A DNA stretch of 64,000 nucleotides. Origin: Octopus sinensis (taxonomy: Eukaryota). A program made the translations under genes and the position numbers. The notes under the pieces are model-generated. The model saw only the letters and a list, made by a program, of their open reading frames with translations, made no database searches and had not been told where the DNA came from. Where the stretch lies: contig NC_043005.1 of NCBI RefSeq assembly GCF_006345805.1, forward strand, positions 72,788,001-72,852,000, given 5' to 3'. This document shows positions 13,151-26,572 of this stretch, one piece after another. Each line of letters begins with the position of its first letter. Within the stretch, counting starts at the first letter, position 1.

Positions 13151-14925
13151 TGATATAGAGGCAAGAATATGGAAATGCTTTTAGAAGAAAACAAATATTT
13201 ATTGGTTAGTTATTATTTTTCTCATTACTGGATGGTAATCAAATAGTAGAGAAAACAGATCATAATATTACGTCACCACTTCAATAAATCTGTAAACTAT
13301 CTAAAATTCAGATAAGAGATCTTGATGAAGTGTCAACACATTGATAAATATCTACTGAAATTCCAAAAGATTATACAACCGGCTGACTGAACAGATCACT
13401 ACTGAACTTTATACCAAGGTCATTCACATTCTCTTTCTATTCTATTCCCTTCCCCTTACAGTCTGTATTAGCTCCCTTCTTAAATGTTAAGGTTAATATT
13501 GGTAAAAATTTCCTAGCCTTAATAAATAAAGATTTTCTTATAAACTATCAATGCAGAAAATTATTTGATAGAAATAACCATAAACTGAGTTACAGTTGAT
13601 GTAGCAACAATAAGAAAGATTTAATTGCATCTTCCCCTCAGCTAAATCGAGGTTCGATGCATATGTAGAAATACAAATGCATGCTTCCTTTATAAGTCAC
13701 GCAACACAGAAGTGATTATCTATGAGGTAGGAGCCATCCCCTACAAATTTAACCATAACATAGTGTGTAAACACTATGTAGATGTGATGCAAGGTAAATT
13801 TTAACAACAATATTTCAACCAGTCTTTTCCATTAGAAGTATAGCTGTAGAAATGAGTTGCAATGTCACTGGTGCCAAGTTGTATTAGTTTTTGCCTTTCC
13901 CTTGGATAACATCAGTGGCATGGGGAGGAGATACTGGTATGCATGGGCAACTGCTGGTCTTCCATAAACAACTTTACTCAGACTTGTGTCTCAGAGGGGA
14001 ACTTTCTAGGTGCAGTCGCATGGTCGTTCATGACAGAAGAAGGTCTTTATAGAAAAGAAAAATATGATAAAACTATCCAGTTACATCTGGTGACTGAAAG
14101 TTATTTCTATCAATTCAAGTGGAAGACGTCTTTTGAAGGAAATGATCAAAAATGTTGTGAAGGATAATCATGACTACAAAATCTTACAAAGGGAATTACA
14201 AATGACCACAAGTGACAAGATTCTATGCTGAAGAAGAGTCATCTACTCCATGCATGCATGAAAAAAATGGCTATATGAATCCTGATGATGATGAGGAGGA
14301 GGAGGAGGAGGATATTGATGACAATGATGATAAGATGGAGGAGCGGGATGAAGGAAAAGAGGAATATTTTGTCTTGGATGACTATACTGCTGATATTGAA
14401 ACTGAATGTGTCCTCTTGTATGTAGACTGACTGAGTAACTTCACATACAGTTGGTCCTTTTGGATATCATTATTGTACAATCTGTTTGTGTATAACATTA
14501 TGTCTGTTTTTGATGTAACTTGCCTACAGAAATTATGAACCAAACGTGTTTATTCTTCAAGATTGTGCTAGTATAACAGTATATTATTTCAGTTATGCTG
14601 TTTCTGAAAACTTTCATTCGAGTTCCACAGTTTACATATCTCCATCATATACACCATGCTCTATAGTTAATTTTGCAGTTATTCTTGTACAACGTTCCAA
14701 TAAAAAGGCAGACATTACAAAAAAATAAATCTAATAGACCTTACCTGATTCTTCCACTACCTTAAACTTTGACCGTCATTTTGCATAGAACACTCCTAAA
14801 TGTAACAACTAATTCACTTTTGAGCCTAATTTCAAGAAATATTGCAAAATATAAGACCATTGTTGTTCTATCATATATATATATTCCAAAATATAACAAT
14901 ATATATATATATATATATATTATAT

Positions 14926-14960
<35 letters not shown>

Positions 14961-14978
14961 CATACACATATATATACA

Positions 14979-15067
<89 letters not shown>

Positions 15068-15654
15068 CATATATATATATATATGTATATATATATGCAC
15101 TTCAATTTTTTTTCCTGTATGATCTATTACAAAATTCATATCGTTTATTACACATCATTACTTGTAAATTTTTCAATCTTTTCCTTGGCTTATTTCTTGC
15201 AACTAATCACATCCATTTGGCTGCAGCTGGAAAACTGCATGTAGTGAATATATTTTGGCAGCTCATAACATTGTCATGTACCTATTTCTCATTGCTCTTC
15301 TGAGACAAGCTATCAGTATAGTATTTATTGTTGCTTTCAACATAGCTGAAACTTTATAGATTACTAGTTTAACTAGCTACAGATTTCATATAATGACAAT
15401 AGAGAATCTCTTACTTTGTGTGTATACTGTTACCATATGTAAGGTGTGTGATCATAGACCTGACATACAAGATCAGATAAAACCCTTTGTTTAACACACA
15501 TGCCAAAGGGATATTATATATTCATATATGTATGTATATCATCATCATCATCATCCTCATCATCATAATTATTGTTTTAACATTCACTTTTTCATGCTGG
15601 CATGGGTCAGACAGAGTTTATTGAGGCAGATTTTGTATGGTTAGATGCCATTTC

Positions 15655-15885
15655 TTGTTTCTTTATTGTCCACAAGGGGTTAAACATAGAGGGGGCAAAC
15701 AAGGACAGACAAAGGGATAAAGTTGATTAGATAGACCCCAGTGCATAACTGGTGCTTTATTTATTGACCCCGAAAGGATGTGAGGCAAAGTCGACCTCGG
15801 CGGAATTTGAACTCAGAATGTAAAGGCAGACGAAATACCACTAAGCATTTCACCCGGTGTGCTAACGTTTCTGCCAGCTCGCCGC
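15655..15885 (-). mobile_element. SINE B
   Basis: Family match; imperfect ~14-bp TSD. Confidence 0.9.
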
Positions 15886-16037
15886 TAGGTGACATTTCTG
15901 TTGCCAACCTTCACCAGCTACCAAGTAAGATGATGTGTCACTATAGTATGTTTACATGGAGGATTAGAAATAACCACCACCACTGGCTGGAAGGCGACAT
16001 TCGTTTCACAAACATTATGCAATGTCAAGACAACAAC

Positions 16038-16073
<36 letters not shown>

Positions 16074-16793
16074 CACATATATTGATATACAAAAGGGCTG
16101 TTTTATTTTTGGTGTAGGAGACCCACTCACAAGCTTTTGGTTGGCTTAGGGCAATAGTAGAAGATACTTGCCCAGTCTGGGAAGCAAAACCGCGATCCTA
16201 CAACCACGAGTCCACTGCCTTAACCACTGGGCCATTGCACCTCTACATATATACACACACACACATATATATATGCACACACATATATATGCATATATTT
16301 ATGCATGTATGTATGTATATGATGGAATCTCCAGTCAAAGATGACATATAAGCATTCAGGTTTCGTTTGATAACCTGCATAAATAAGGTTTACAGTGATC
16401 AAATGTATGTGCTGTTCATTAGTTCAGCCCCCACCCACCAATCCATGAATGAAATCGACATTTTCTGTATAGGTACACAAGTCTGCCTTACGTCAGATGT
16501 CAAATTGTGCCTGGCCCAAGAACAGAAACCATGATCTAGCATTCATGAGAGCAACATCCTAACCACTAGAACAAGCACTGTAAACTATAAATGTTACTAC
16601 ACATGTGCTGTTTGTGATTTCTTTTCCTTCTTTGGACTGTTCCCTTTCTCCTTTCTGAAGAAGAGCTATACTCAAAACATCAAATTCTCTCTTTTCACCG
16701 AGAGTCGAGCTAATACATCTCTTGTGCATGTCCTCATGTTATCCTTTAATTTTATTTGTTTATTTCAACTTATTGTTTATTTGAATTGACTAA

Positions 16794-16841
<48 letters not shown>

Positions 16842-17057
16842 GTAGGTAGATGGACAGACAGACAGGCAAATAAATAGACATGCAGATAGATTGGTAGATA
16901 GATAATTTCATTTTCACTTCTTAGAGCTCACAGTTTCATTTGCTCCAGTTAATTTTGTAAGAGCAGACAGCAACTGGTTGTCAAAGATCTCACAAGGTCT
17001 CTTTCCACAGTACCTAATACCCAACCTCAATCATTATTATTATTATTATCATTGTTG

Positions 17058-17115
<58 letters not shown>

Positions 17116-17127
17116 CATTATTATTAT

Positions 17128-17408
17128 TCAGTAGTTTTATTTTTATAGTGTGCTTTCACTTCACTACCGAGTGCAGCTCTGTGTGCCTTGGGTATGTGCT
17201 GTGATTTGTTGTGATGCTCTGATGGTTATTGTATGGAAAGTGTTCTGCATAGGATGTGTGCAGTGCCTAGTAGTGCAATTTTCTGTATGTTATATGTGTT
17301 TGTAAGTCCTGGTGTTTTTGTTATGTATTTGTCTGAATGTCCTGGTGTTTTTGTTATGTATTTGTCTGAATTTATATGTATTTGTCTGAATGTTATGTAT
17401 TTGTCTGA

Positions 17409-17410
<2 letters not shown>
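17128..17410 (-). mobile_element. R4/Dong-like LINE 3' fragment in (AAT)n
   Basis: KTPGLTNTYNIQKIALLGTAHILCRTLSIQ* plus 3' UTR; AAT tracts on both sides. Confidence 0.8.
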
Positions 17411-17467
<57 letters not shown>

Positions 17468-17473
17468 TATTAT

Positions 17474-17514
<41 letters not shown>

Positions 17515-17962
17515 CATTTAATCCATTTGCATCATTGTTATTTTTGTACTAATTGTCCTCTGGTACCCCTAGATAAGTAACACCAAATGCATATTTTTGC
17601 ACAATCCAAAGAGATACAACTTAATGCAAGACATATGAAGTGCAATTCTGATAAATTCAACTGCACATAATATGTAACTTTCACATAGAATCATTCACAT
17701 GAATATATAACACGCTGGAGTTGAACTAGGGACAGCTGATGAAGGGGATTTTTCCTTGTGTAGTTTGTCTTGTACTCTGTTTTTCGTTGTAAAAAAATGG
17801 TCTGTTCCATGCTTGTTCTTCCGTTTTCGTTTCTCGTTGAGTTCTACGTCTATTTGTGGTGTCCTGTATTCATGTATATATATTTATATATGCATGTATA
17901 TATACATGTAGATGTAGGTACGTATATATATGTATGTATGTATGCATATATTTTATTTATTA

Positions 17963-18005
<43 letters not shown>

Positions 18006-18027
18006 CACACACGTATATATACATATA

Positions 18028-19188
18028 CAGGGCAAAATAATGGAAACACCTAGCATCATAGCATTATAATTTTGAAATATCTATAAACCTGTAAAAAGCT
18101 TGTTTATTTTTATGTATTTTTATTTATTATTAGCGTTGCTTAATATGTTATGCTAAAATTGCTGTTTCTTTTCAGATATCATCAGAAAAAGGTAATGAAA
18201 ATTCATTAAAATGACAGATCTATTGGACTTTCAAAGAGATCAAATTGGTGCTCGTATGGCAGGTGCTAACTTTATGAAAACAGCTAAAATGTTTGGTGTA
18301 TCAAGAAGTACTGTCTCGAAAGTAATAACAGCCTTTGAGAAAGAAGGAAAAACCTCCTTGTTGAAACAAAACTCCAGAAGAAAACCAAAACTTTCAGATA
18401 GGGACCATCGGACTCTTACACGAATTGTTAGAAAGGATCACAAAAGTACATTTCTCAAAATTACTGCAGAGCTTAATGACCACCCCGAGAACCCAGTTTT
18501 CATGAGAACTGTTCACTGGGAGCTGCACAAAGCCAGATTTCACAGGAGGGCTGCAATCAGAAAATGAATACTTTCAAAAACAAATGTTCCAAAGCATTTA
18601 GAGTGGAGTAAAAACCTACAGAATTGGTCCCTAGAGCAGTGAAAGAATGCTATTTTCTCTGACTAGTCATCCTTTACCATATTTTCGACCACTGGCCAAG
18701 TATACATGTGAAGACAGCCAAAAGAAGCATTTGACCAAGACTGCCTTCTTCTAACTGTTAGACTTGGAGGAGGATCTGTGATGATCCTATGTTTGAGAAA
18801 CTGTTTCTGGAGAGAAACGCAATGTTTCAGGATGATAATGCACCAATTCACATGGCTAAAGTTGTTACCAAATGGCACGAAAAACATTCTAGTGAAGTTG
18901 GACATCTTATCTGACCACCACAGTCAGATCTCAATATTATTGAACATTTATGGTGCATTTTAGAAAAAACAAGTAAGGAGTTGATATCCTCCACCACATG
19001 ACTACAAGAACTGGAAACTCTTTTAGCTGAAGAATGGACCAAAATTCCTTTGGAAACAATTCAAACTTTGTATGAGTTCATACTTTGGAGAATTCAAGCT
19101 GTAATTACTGCCAAAGGCAGTCCTACCCCATATTAAAATAAATTTGTTTGAAATTTTTAGGTGCTTCCATTATTTTGTTTAACACCTG
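18028..19188 (+). mobile_element. Tc1-family transposon, decayed
   Basis: Imperfect TIR (CAGG...CAAAATAATGGAAACACCTA) in TA context; transposase remnants 18211-19136 (GVSRSTVSKV, RKPKLSDRD, FSD, QDDNAPIH, DLNIIEHLW, AVITAKG) with stops and a deletion. Confidence 0.92.
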
Positions 19189-19207
19189 TATATATACATA
19201 TATATAT

Positions 19208-19241
<34 letters not shown>

Positions 19242-19393
19242 ATATGCATGTACATATATGTAAATAAATATACATATATATACATATATATATATACATA
19301 CATATATATGTATATATATAATGTATATGCATATATACATGTCTGTGTGTATATATTTATATATGCATATGTGTTATATATAAATATATATAT

Positions 19394-19424
<31 letters not shown>

Positions 19425-20029
19425 TATACATGTATATGTGTATATATTTATATATGCATATGTGTTATATATAAATATATATACACACACACATATATAT
19501 ATGTATACATATATATGCATGTGTGTGTATGTATATATATATATGTGTATGTGTATAAATATTTATATAAGTAAGGAAAATGAATTAGGTACCACCAAAT
19601 TATTTATCACAATTTTCTCTCTACGATTCTGTATCTAACCTCACTGCAAGTGATTCTGTGTGAAAAGTTACATATTATGTGCAGTTGAATTTATTAGAAT
19701 TGCACTTCATATGACTTGCATTAAGTTGTATCTCTTTGGATTGTGCAAATATATGTATATATATATGCATGTATGGATGTATATATAAATTCATGCATAT
19801 ATGTATTCATTAAAAAAATATCAGTGATAAAGGTTTCATTTCCGAGGTTATTGATATAGTAATATATAATAACTTTGAATTTTCCTAAGGAAATGATATG
19901 AAATGCTGTTTAAATCCTTTTATCTAGTTTATTGTGTATGTGTGTGTGTGTGTGTATGTCTGTCAATTGTCTAATGTTTGTGAGTCATTCTTTGTCTCTA
20001 ACAAATATTGACTTTCTAATGCTAGACAC

Positions 20030-20106
<77 letters not shown>

Positions 20107-20422
20107 GCATACCTAGATAAAAAGATTTAAGTTGTAATTCCTTCATTTCCTGTTTTATATTTATATGCAAATAAATAAGTTAAGAAATGCTACCTTTGTC
20201 ATTTCTGAGGTGGCAGAATTGTTAGTGTCAGGAAAAAATGGTTTGAGGTATTGAAGCACTTCTGACTTTTTACAAAAAAATTAATATACTATTCAGTATA
20301 CTAGCAACAACTTTTTCTTCTTTACATACTTACATACAGGCACACATTCACACACACATACATACATGTACATACATATTTGTTAATGTATGTATGTGTA
20401 CACACACACACACACACATATT

Positions 20423-20453
<31 letters not shown>

Positions 20454-20514
20454 ATAGATAGATACATACATATATACATACATACATATACACATACATA
20501 CATACATACATACA

Positions 20515-20945
20515 TAGGTTTATACCTGTAATTATTGGGGCCCTGGGATATGTAACAGACTGCCTGAATACCAATCTTGAGAAATTGGGCTTCTGAGGAC
20601 CAGAAAGTTGAAAGCTAATTTGAAGACTACAAATCCAATCCACCTTAGGAACTGTAAAAATATATAAAACTTTCCAGAATTTTATTCTTTAAATATATAT
20701 GAGCATGTCTAGATATGTAACTATATGCATGAGAATACATACATAAAAGATACAAAACTGCACATACATATATACATACATACATACATACATACATACA
20801 TACATACATACATACATACATACATACATACATACATACAAAAGTACCCCGTTGTTGATGTTGAAATTCCAATGAAGGAGCCTTGTATCTAGGTTAGAAA
20901 CTGGTTCTTTCTCTATTGGCAAGAAATCTTGAAATAAACTGAATA
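20515..20945 (+). mobile_element. RLE-type LINE 3' fragment in (TACA)n
   Basis: FIPVIIGALGYV...LEKLGF...LQ...LGTVKI; flanked by TACA tracts. Confidence 0.65.
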
Positions 20946-21384
20946 ATGGCATGCATACATACATACATACATACAGGCATGGCTGTGTGGTAAGAAGCTT
21001 GCTTGCCAAACATATTGTTCCGGGTTCAGTCCCCCTGAGTGGCATCTTGGGCATGTCCCTTCTACTATAGTCTCAGGCCAACCAAAGTTTTAAGGGTGTA
21101 AATTGAAAGAAGCCTGTGGTATATATGTATACACACACTCACTCACACACACACACACACACACATATAGGTATGTATGTATGCATGCATGTATATATTT
21201 ATATGCATACAGCAATATTGACCATGGTATTAAGGTTTCTTAGTGGAGTCTGGGGCTGAAATCATTTCCAGTGTTCTCCAAATATTGAACATGAAGCCCA
21301 GAGGAAGCTTCAAGCCATTTTACACCTCTACCCAAGAATGACTGCCTTCTTGTTTCCTTTTGCTACACTTATATATCCTCCTCC

Positions 21385-22380
21385 GCATCATCATCATCGT
21401 TTAATGTCCATTTTCCATGCTAGCATGTGTTTGACGGTTTGACTGAGGTCTGGGAAGCCAGGAGGCTGCACCAGGCTCCAGTCTGATCTGGCAGTGTTTC
21501 TACAGCTGGATGCCCTTCCTAACACCAACCACTCCATAAGCGTAGTGGGTGCTTTTTATGTGCCACTGGCACAAGTGCCAGGGGAGGCTGGCAACAGCCA
21601 TGATTGGTTGGTGCTTTTTACATGCCACCGGCTCAGTTGCCAGGGGAGGCTGGCAATGGCCATGATCGGTTGGTGCTTTTTACATGCCACCGGCACGGAA
21701 GCCAGTCATGATGACGCTGTCATCGGCCACATTCGGATGGTGCTTTTTACATGCCACCGGCAAGGATATCACAACTACAATTTCCATTTGATTTTTATTT
21801 TGATGCTGATGTTCCTGACTCAATAGATCTCCTCAAGCACAACAGGTCACCATACAATTCAAGGTAAGCACAGCAGGCCATCCTGTGATCCAAGCTACTT
21901 TGGATGGGCTGGGACTGCTATGTGAAACTGGTGCAGGAAACAGCCATGATCTCACTTTATTTGTTGTGTCTTCGCAGTCACAACATATCTTGGTTTTTTC
22001 TCATTGCCTCTGTGAGGCCCAACGTTCGAAGGTCATGCTTGACCACCTCATCCCTTGTCTTCCTGGGTTTACCTCTACTCCAGATTCTTTCAATTGTTTC
22101 TGAGTGGCACTTCTTTACACATCTCTCCTTATCCGTCCGTAGTACATGACCATACCAGCGCAAATGTCTCTCTTGCACACCACATTCGATGCTTCTTATG
22201 TCCAGCATTTCTCTCAGGGCACTTAAACTCTGTCGTTTGTGCACACTGATATTACATATCCAGCAGAACATGCTAGCTTCATTTCTTTCAAGCCTATGCA
22301 TGTCCTCCGCAGTCACAGCCCATGCTTCACTGCCGTGAAGCATGGCAGTTTGCACACATGCATTGTACAATCTGTTCAAA
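21385..22380 (-). mobile_element. RTE-clade LINE 3' fragment with 3' UTR
   Basis: LYNACV...HGSEAW, LRWYGHVLR, RGKPRKT.DEVVKHDL; UTR ends in (GAT)n at ~21390. Confidence 0.9.
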
Positions 22381-22998
22381 CTGGCTAGATCTGGTCTCTC
22401 ACACCTATCTAACAATGTCATTCAAAACACATCATTGAAATCACAAAGCTATGAGATAATGCATGAATAATTGAAAACAATGTAGAGAAATAAGCATTAC
22501 ATTTGACAGCATAATATGAATACTAAATGGTTAAATACACAGGCACACAAACACACACACACACACACACTTACATATAAACATATAAGTATATAAAATT
22601 AAATTATTATGTGCACAGTGATAAGTGAGAAGCTGAGGGTTGCCATAATATTCATTCTTAGTATATTTTGGTAGATTTAAGTGTGAATACGCTGATTACT
22701 GTTCTCTTCTGTTACTGGAGAACAACTCTTCTTTGGACAAATGTGTGTTCATAACACACTTGATTCATTACGATAATGGAACTTTAGGACACTTAGTGTT
22801 TCAGCCTTGTTTTCTCTTCTCAGCCAAAGTTAACCTGGAGTAATGGATCTAACAAGAGTTTTTGGTTTTTGTTTATAAATTCAGCAAACAAATTATTTAT
22901 TCATGTGTACTGATATCTACCAACTTATAATAAATAATCATGTACATGGTGAACAGTGAGAATTAGAACACACACATATTAAATATATATATATATAG

Positions 22999-23070
<72 letters not shown>

Positions 23071-24119
23071 ATATATATATATATATATACATACACACAC
23101 AAATACATGTATGTGTATGACAACTCCACTCGAATGGACGAAAGCGCTTATATATGATATATGATGTATAAAAACATGTAATATACAAATAAATATCTGT
23201 AAATATAAAACCATCCGAAATTTTGAGTATCTCATTTCTTCTAATATAAAATACCTGTACATCATCTCCAAACCTTCTAATATATACATATATGTATTCA
23301 TACACACATACACACACACATGCATACCACATACATGTATGTAGTTTGAAGAATTATGTCTCAAGCAAAGTACCTTGAGCAACATAATAAATGCAATCTT
23401 TGAATTACAGAGAAGTTAAAGATTCTGACTCTGCTAAGGAACATACATAATAAAGGAGAGCAAACACTTTCTCATTGTCCCTAGATAAAACAGTTTTGAA
23501 ATACATCTCAGCCCCAACAATCCACAGATCCAACCCATCTTCTTGCTTGCACTTTTGTGCCTTCTACTTCTATTCCCCAAGCGCTTACATAAATATTGAC
23601 CATCCTCCAGTATTGCAAACCACAAAAGTGACACCTGTTCAATAATGATATCACTCACCATTAATAACTCATTGGCATTTCTTCATATCCCATTATTCTA
23701 CTCTCTATAAATATACAGGGCCTAACACCTCAGGAGATATCAAATATTTGGATAACACCTATTTACCATCTAGCACCCAGAACACATCAACATATCACCA
23801 ATATTTATCTTATAATGCCAACCACTCTCTCCACTGACATATATCATTACAGATTTAATTATGCATATGTACTTGTTCACAACATAGACAACTCTTATCA
23901 CACAACAATTTATACTACCAGAAATGTGAACAACATGTATTAATCATGAGTGTGACATATACATGACTGCAGCTCATATATAAAGTCACACTCTTACATA
24001 ACTTGCACTCATATATAAATTGCTTCCTTAATTTAGAGTTAAATCTGGATGCAATTTTTTTTTTCTCTTCATAGTTTTAGCTTTGCTCAATGTATAAGCT
24101 GTGATACCACTTTTTGTTT

Positions 24120-24340
24120 TATTCATTTAAAATAATGTACAAAACAGTGCAATTTATGCAAGATAAACTCAAAAATTATATGCATTCTTGTTTTTCCAAT
24201 GCATCTACACAAAAGCAGGGGATAAACAAGCACATATTTTTCTATAAAGCCTCTTTTCTTTTCAATGCACTTGGTCCAGCGGTCCATAAGCCTATGTATT
24301 CCCTCCAAGAAGAAGGGTTTTTGGTTGGTCATGCAATCAT
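24120..24340 (-). mobile_element. 3' remnant of a second, different mariner transposase
   Basis: FFLEGIHRLMDRWTKCIEKKRGFIEK matches the mariner C-terminal pattern F..GI..L..RW.KC....G.Y.EK. Confidence 0.7.
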
Positions 24341-24351
24341 TTATACACTTA

Positions 24352-25582
24352 TTGGGTTGGCAACTAAGTTCCCACTGTTTTTTTTTATTTAAATTTTTTA
24401 AAAGGCTTAATAAAAAATAACAACTAATTAATCAATAATCTATTCGATCTTTTTATTTACAACTTCTTCTCAACGTTCAACAAGGCTTCCATTACCTCAT
24501 TGGTAGAAATAACCTGATTTCGACTCAAAAAATTGATCCAACCAAGCTCAATTCTGCATCAGTATTGAATAAAACTCCACGCATAGCAAGAGATTGAAAG
24601 AACTGGAGATCCATTGATGCCAAATCAGGAGAGTATGGTGGGTGTGGCAGCACTTCTCAGCCATGCTTTTGAATGGCTTCTTTGGTCATATTGGTGATAT
24701 TCGTGCAGATTGTCATGCAGCAGAAGAACTCCATGCTGCCGATTAAGTCTTTTCTCTTGAATAGCCATTTTCAGTCGTTCCATTTGTTGACCATTTGGTT
24801 CTGTTCAAGCAATTCATGATGGATAATCCCTTCCCAGTCCCACCATATGCACAACATCGTTTTATGTGGATAGAGATCTTGTTTCACGTGCAGTGTTGCT
24901 TGTTTACTGGGGCTAAGCCATTCTTTACGCTACTTCATTTTGATGTACAGGCACCCTTTTTCGTCGGCAGTAACGATTTGGTAAAGAAATCGTTGCTTGT
25001 GTCCATGAGTTGAGCAGTGCAGAGCAAGCAAACCAGCAAAGCTTGTTACTCGTTGATATTTGTTGTTGTCACTCAAAGCATGCGGAATCCATGCTCCATA
25101 CTTCTGAACCTTTCCCATCGAGTGAAGATGCTTCTCTATAACAGTGTGGGAGCATTCCATTTTCTCTGCCATTTCCCTTGTCGTTTGACGAGAATTTTCA
25201 TGCAAAAGTTAGTTGAATCACTCTTCATCTAACTCAACTGGACAGCCAGAATGAGTGCGTCTTTGAGGTCAAAATTTCTATTTTTGAACTTGGCATACCA
25301 ATCACGAGTGGTTCTTTCAGCTAGGGCACCCTCTCCATACGAGGCACAAATGTCGTGAGCAGCTTTTGCGGCCTTAGAACCTTGATTAAAAGCAAAAAGA
25401 AGGAGGTGTCAAAAATGCTCGTTTTTCTTAACTTGACATTCCATTTTAATGATCTGAAAATAAGCAAAAAATAACTAGAAGAAAAACAAATTAGATTCCT
25501 AAAATGATTAAAAAATAGAATTCTTGAAAAATTATAGATTCCAAAATTTAAAAGAATGGCAGGAACTTAGTTGCCAACCCAG
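24352..25582 (-). mobile_element. Mariner transposon (mellifera-like), decayed
   Basis: TIR (T/C)TGGGTTGGCAACTAAGTTCC with TA on both sides; transposase remnants from ATG at 25444 (KNEHFRHLLLFAF, TTREMAEK, IVTADEK, HPPYSPDLA at ~24620-24645). Confidence 0.93.
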
Positions 25583-25773
25583 TATATATTTGTATGCATA
25601 TTTATATATACAGATACTTACACACATATATATATATATATACATATTCGTATATATAGATATATATATATTGAATGCATAATAAATATAGGCATATATA
25701 TATGTACATATAGATATATATATAATATATATATAATATATATGAATGCATAATAAATATAGGCATATATATA

Positions 25774-25821
<48 letters not shown>

Positions 25822-26310
25822 TATGTGTGTGTGTGTAGGTATGGTGGAGGCTTTTATTGTAAATGACTGATGAAGGTTCTGCAATTTCTTACTGAATTTG
25901 TTTATAGTAATCAATTATTGTGCCTCTCTCCATCAGATCAATACTTGCTGTACAGTTGCACAACATGCAGTATACCAGTTCTCAAAGTGATCAAAAAGCA
26001 ATGAAGAGTTTCTCTTAAGAACACAATGCGTCACCCAGTCTAGGAATTGAAACCATAATCTTGTGATCATGAGTGCAACATCCTAATAGAAAGGCCACGC
26101 ACCTTCACATTACATAATGTAATATGATATAATGTAATATAATTTAATTTGTATATTATAAAAAAAATATATAAATGTACATTTACATATCCATGCATAT
26201 ATATATAGGTTCTCCTATTACTTATACATGTACTAATGTATATTGGTATATATATATTTGCATGTATGTATATATATATTATATATATATATATTATATA
26301 TATATTATAT

Positions 26311-26353
<43 letters not shown>

Positions 26354-26425
26354 CTGGATATATATATATGTGTGTGTTCTGTATATATTAAATGTGTGTG
26401 TTATATATATATGTGTGATATATAT

Positions 26426-26459
<34 letters not shown>

Positions 26460-26541
26460 CATATATATATATATTATATATATATATATTATATATATAT
26501 ATATATTATATTAGATATATATAATATATATATAATATATG

Positions 26542-26572
<31 letters not shown>

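Noticed and set aside
14743-14793. 51-nt minus-strand exon candidate with a good GTAAGG donor
   Set aside because: Stop codons in all three frames.
14762-15303. ORFs rich in YI/IY, MYVC, HT (also at 2300-2620, 19157-19638, 22963-23385, 26175-27678 etc.)
   Set aside because: Translations of (TA)n, (TATG)n and (CA)n microsatellites.
17731-17772. Hammerhead-like GACAG-CTGATGA-AGGGG/TTCCT...TTGTC
   Set aside because: Stems I and II are plausible but the GAAA and NUH elements are missing.
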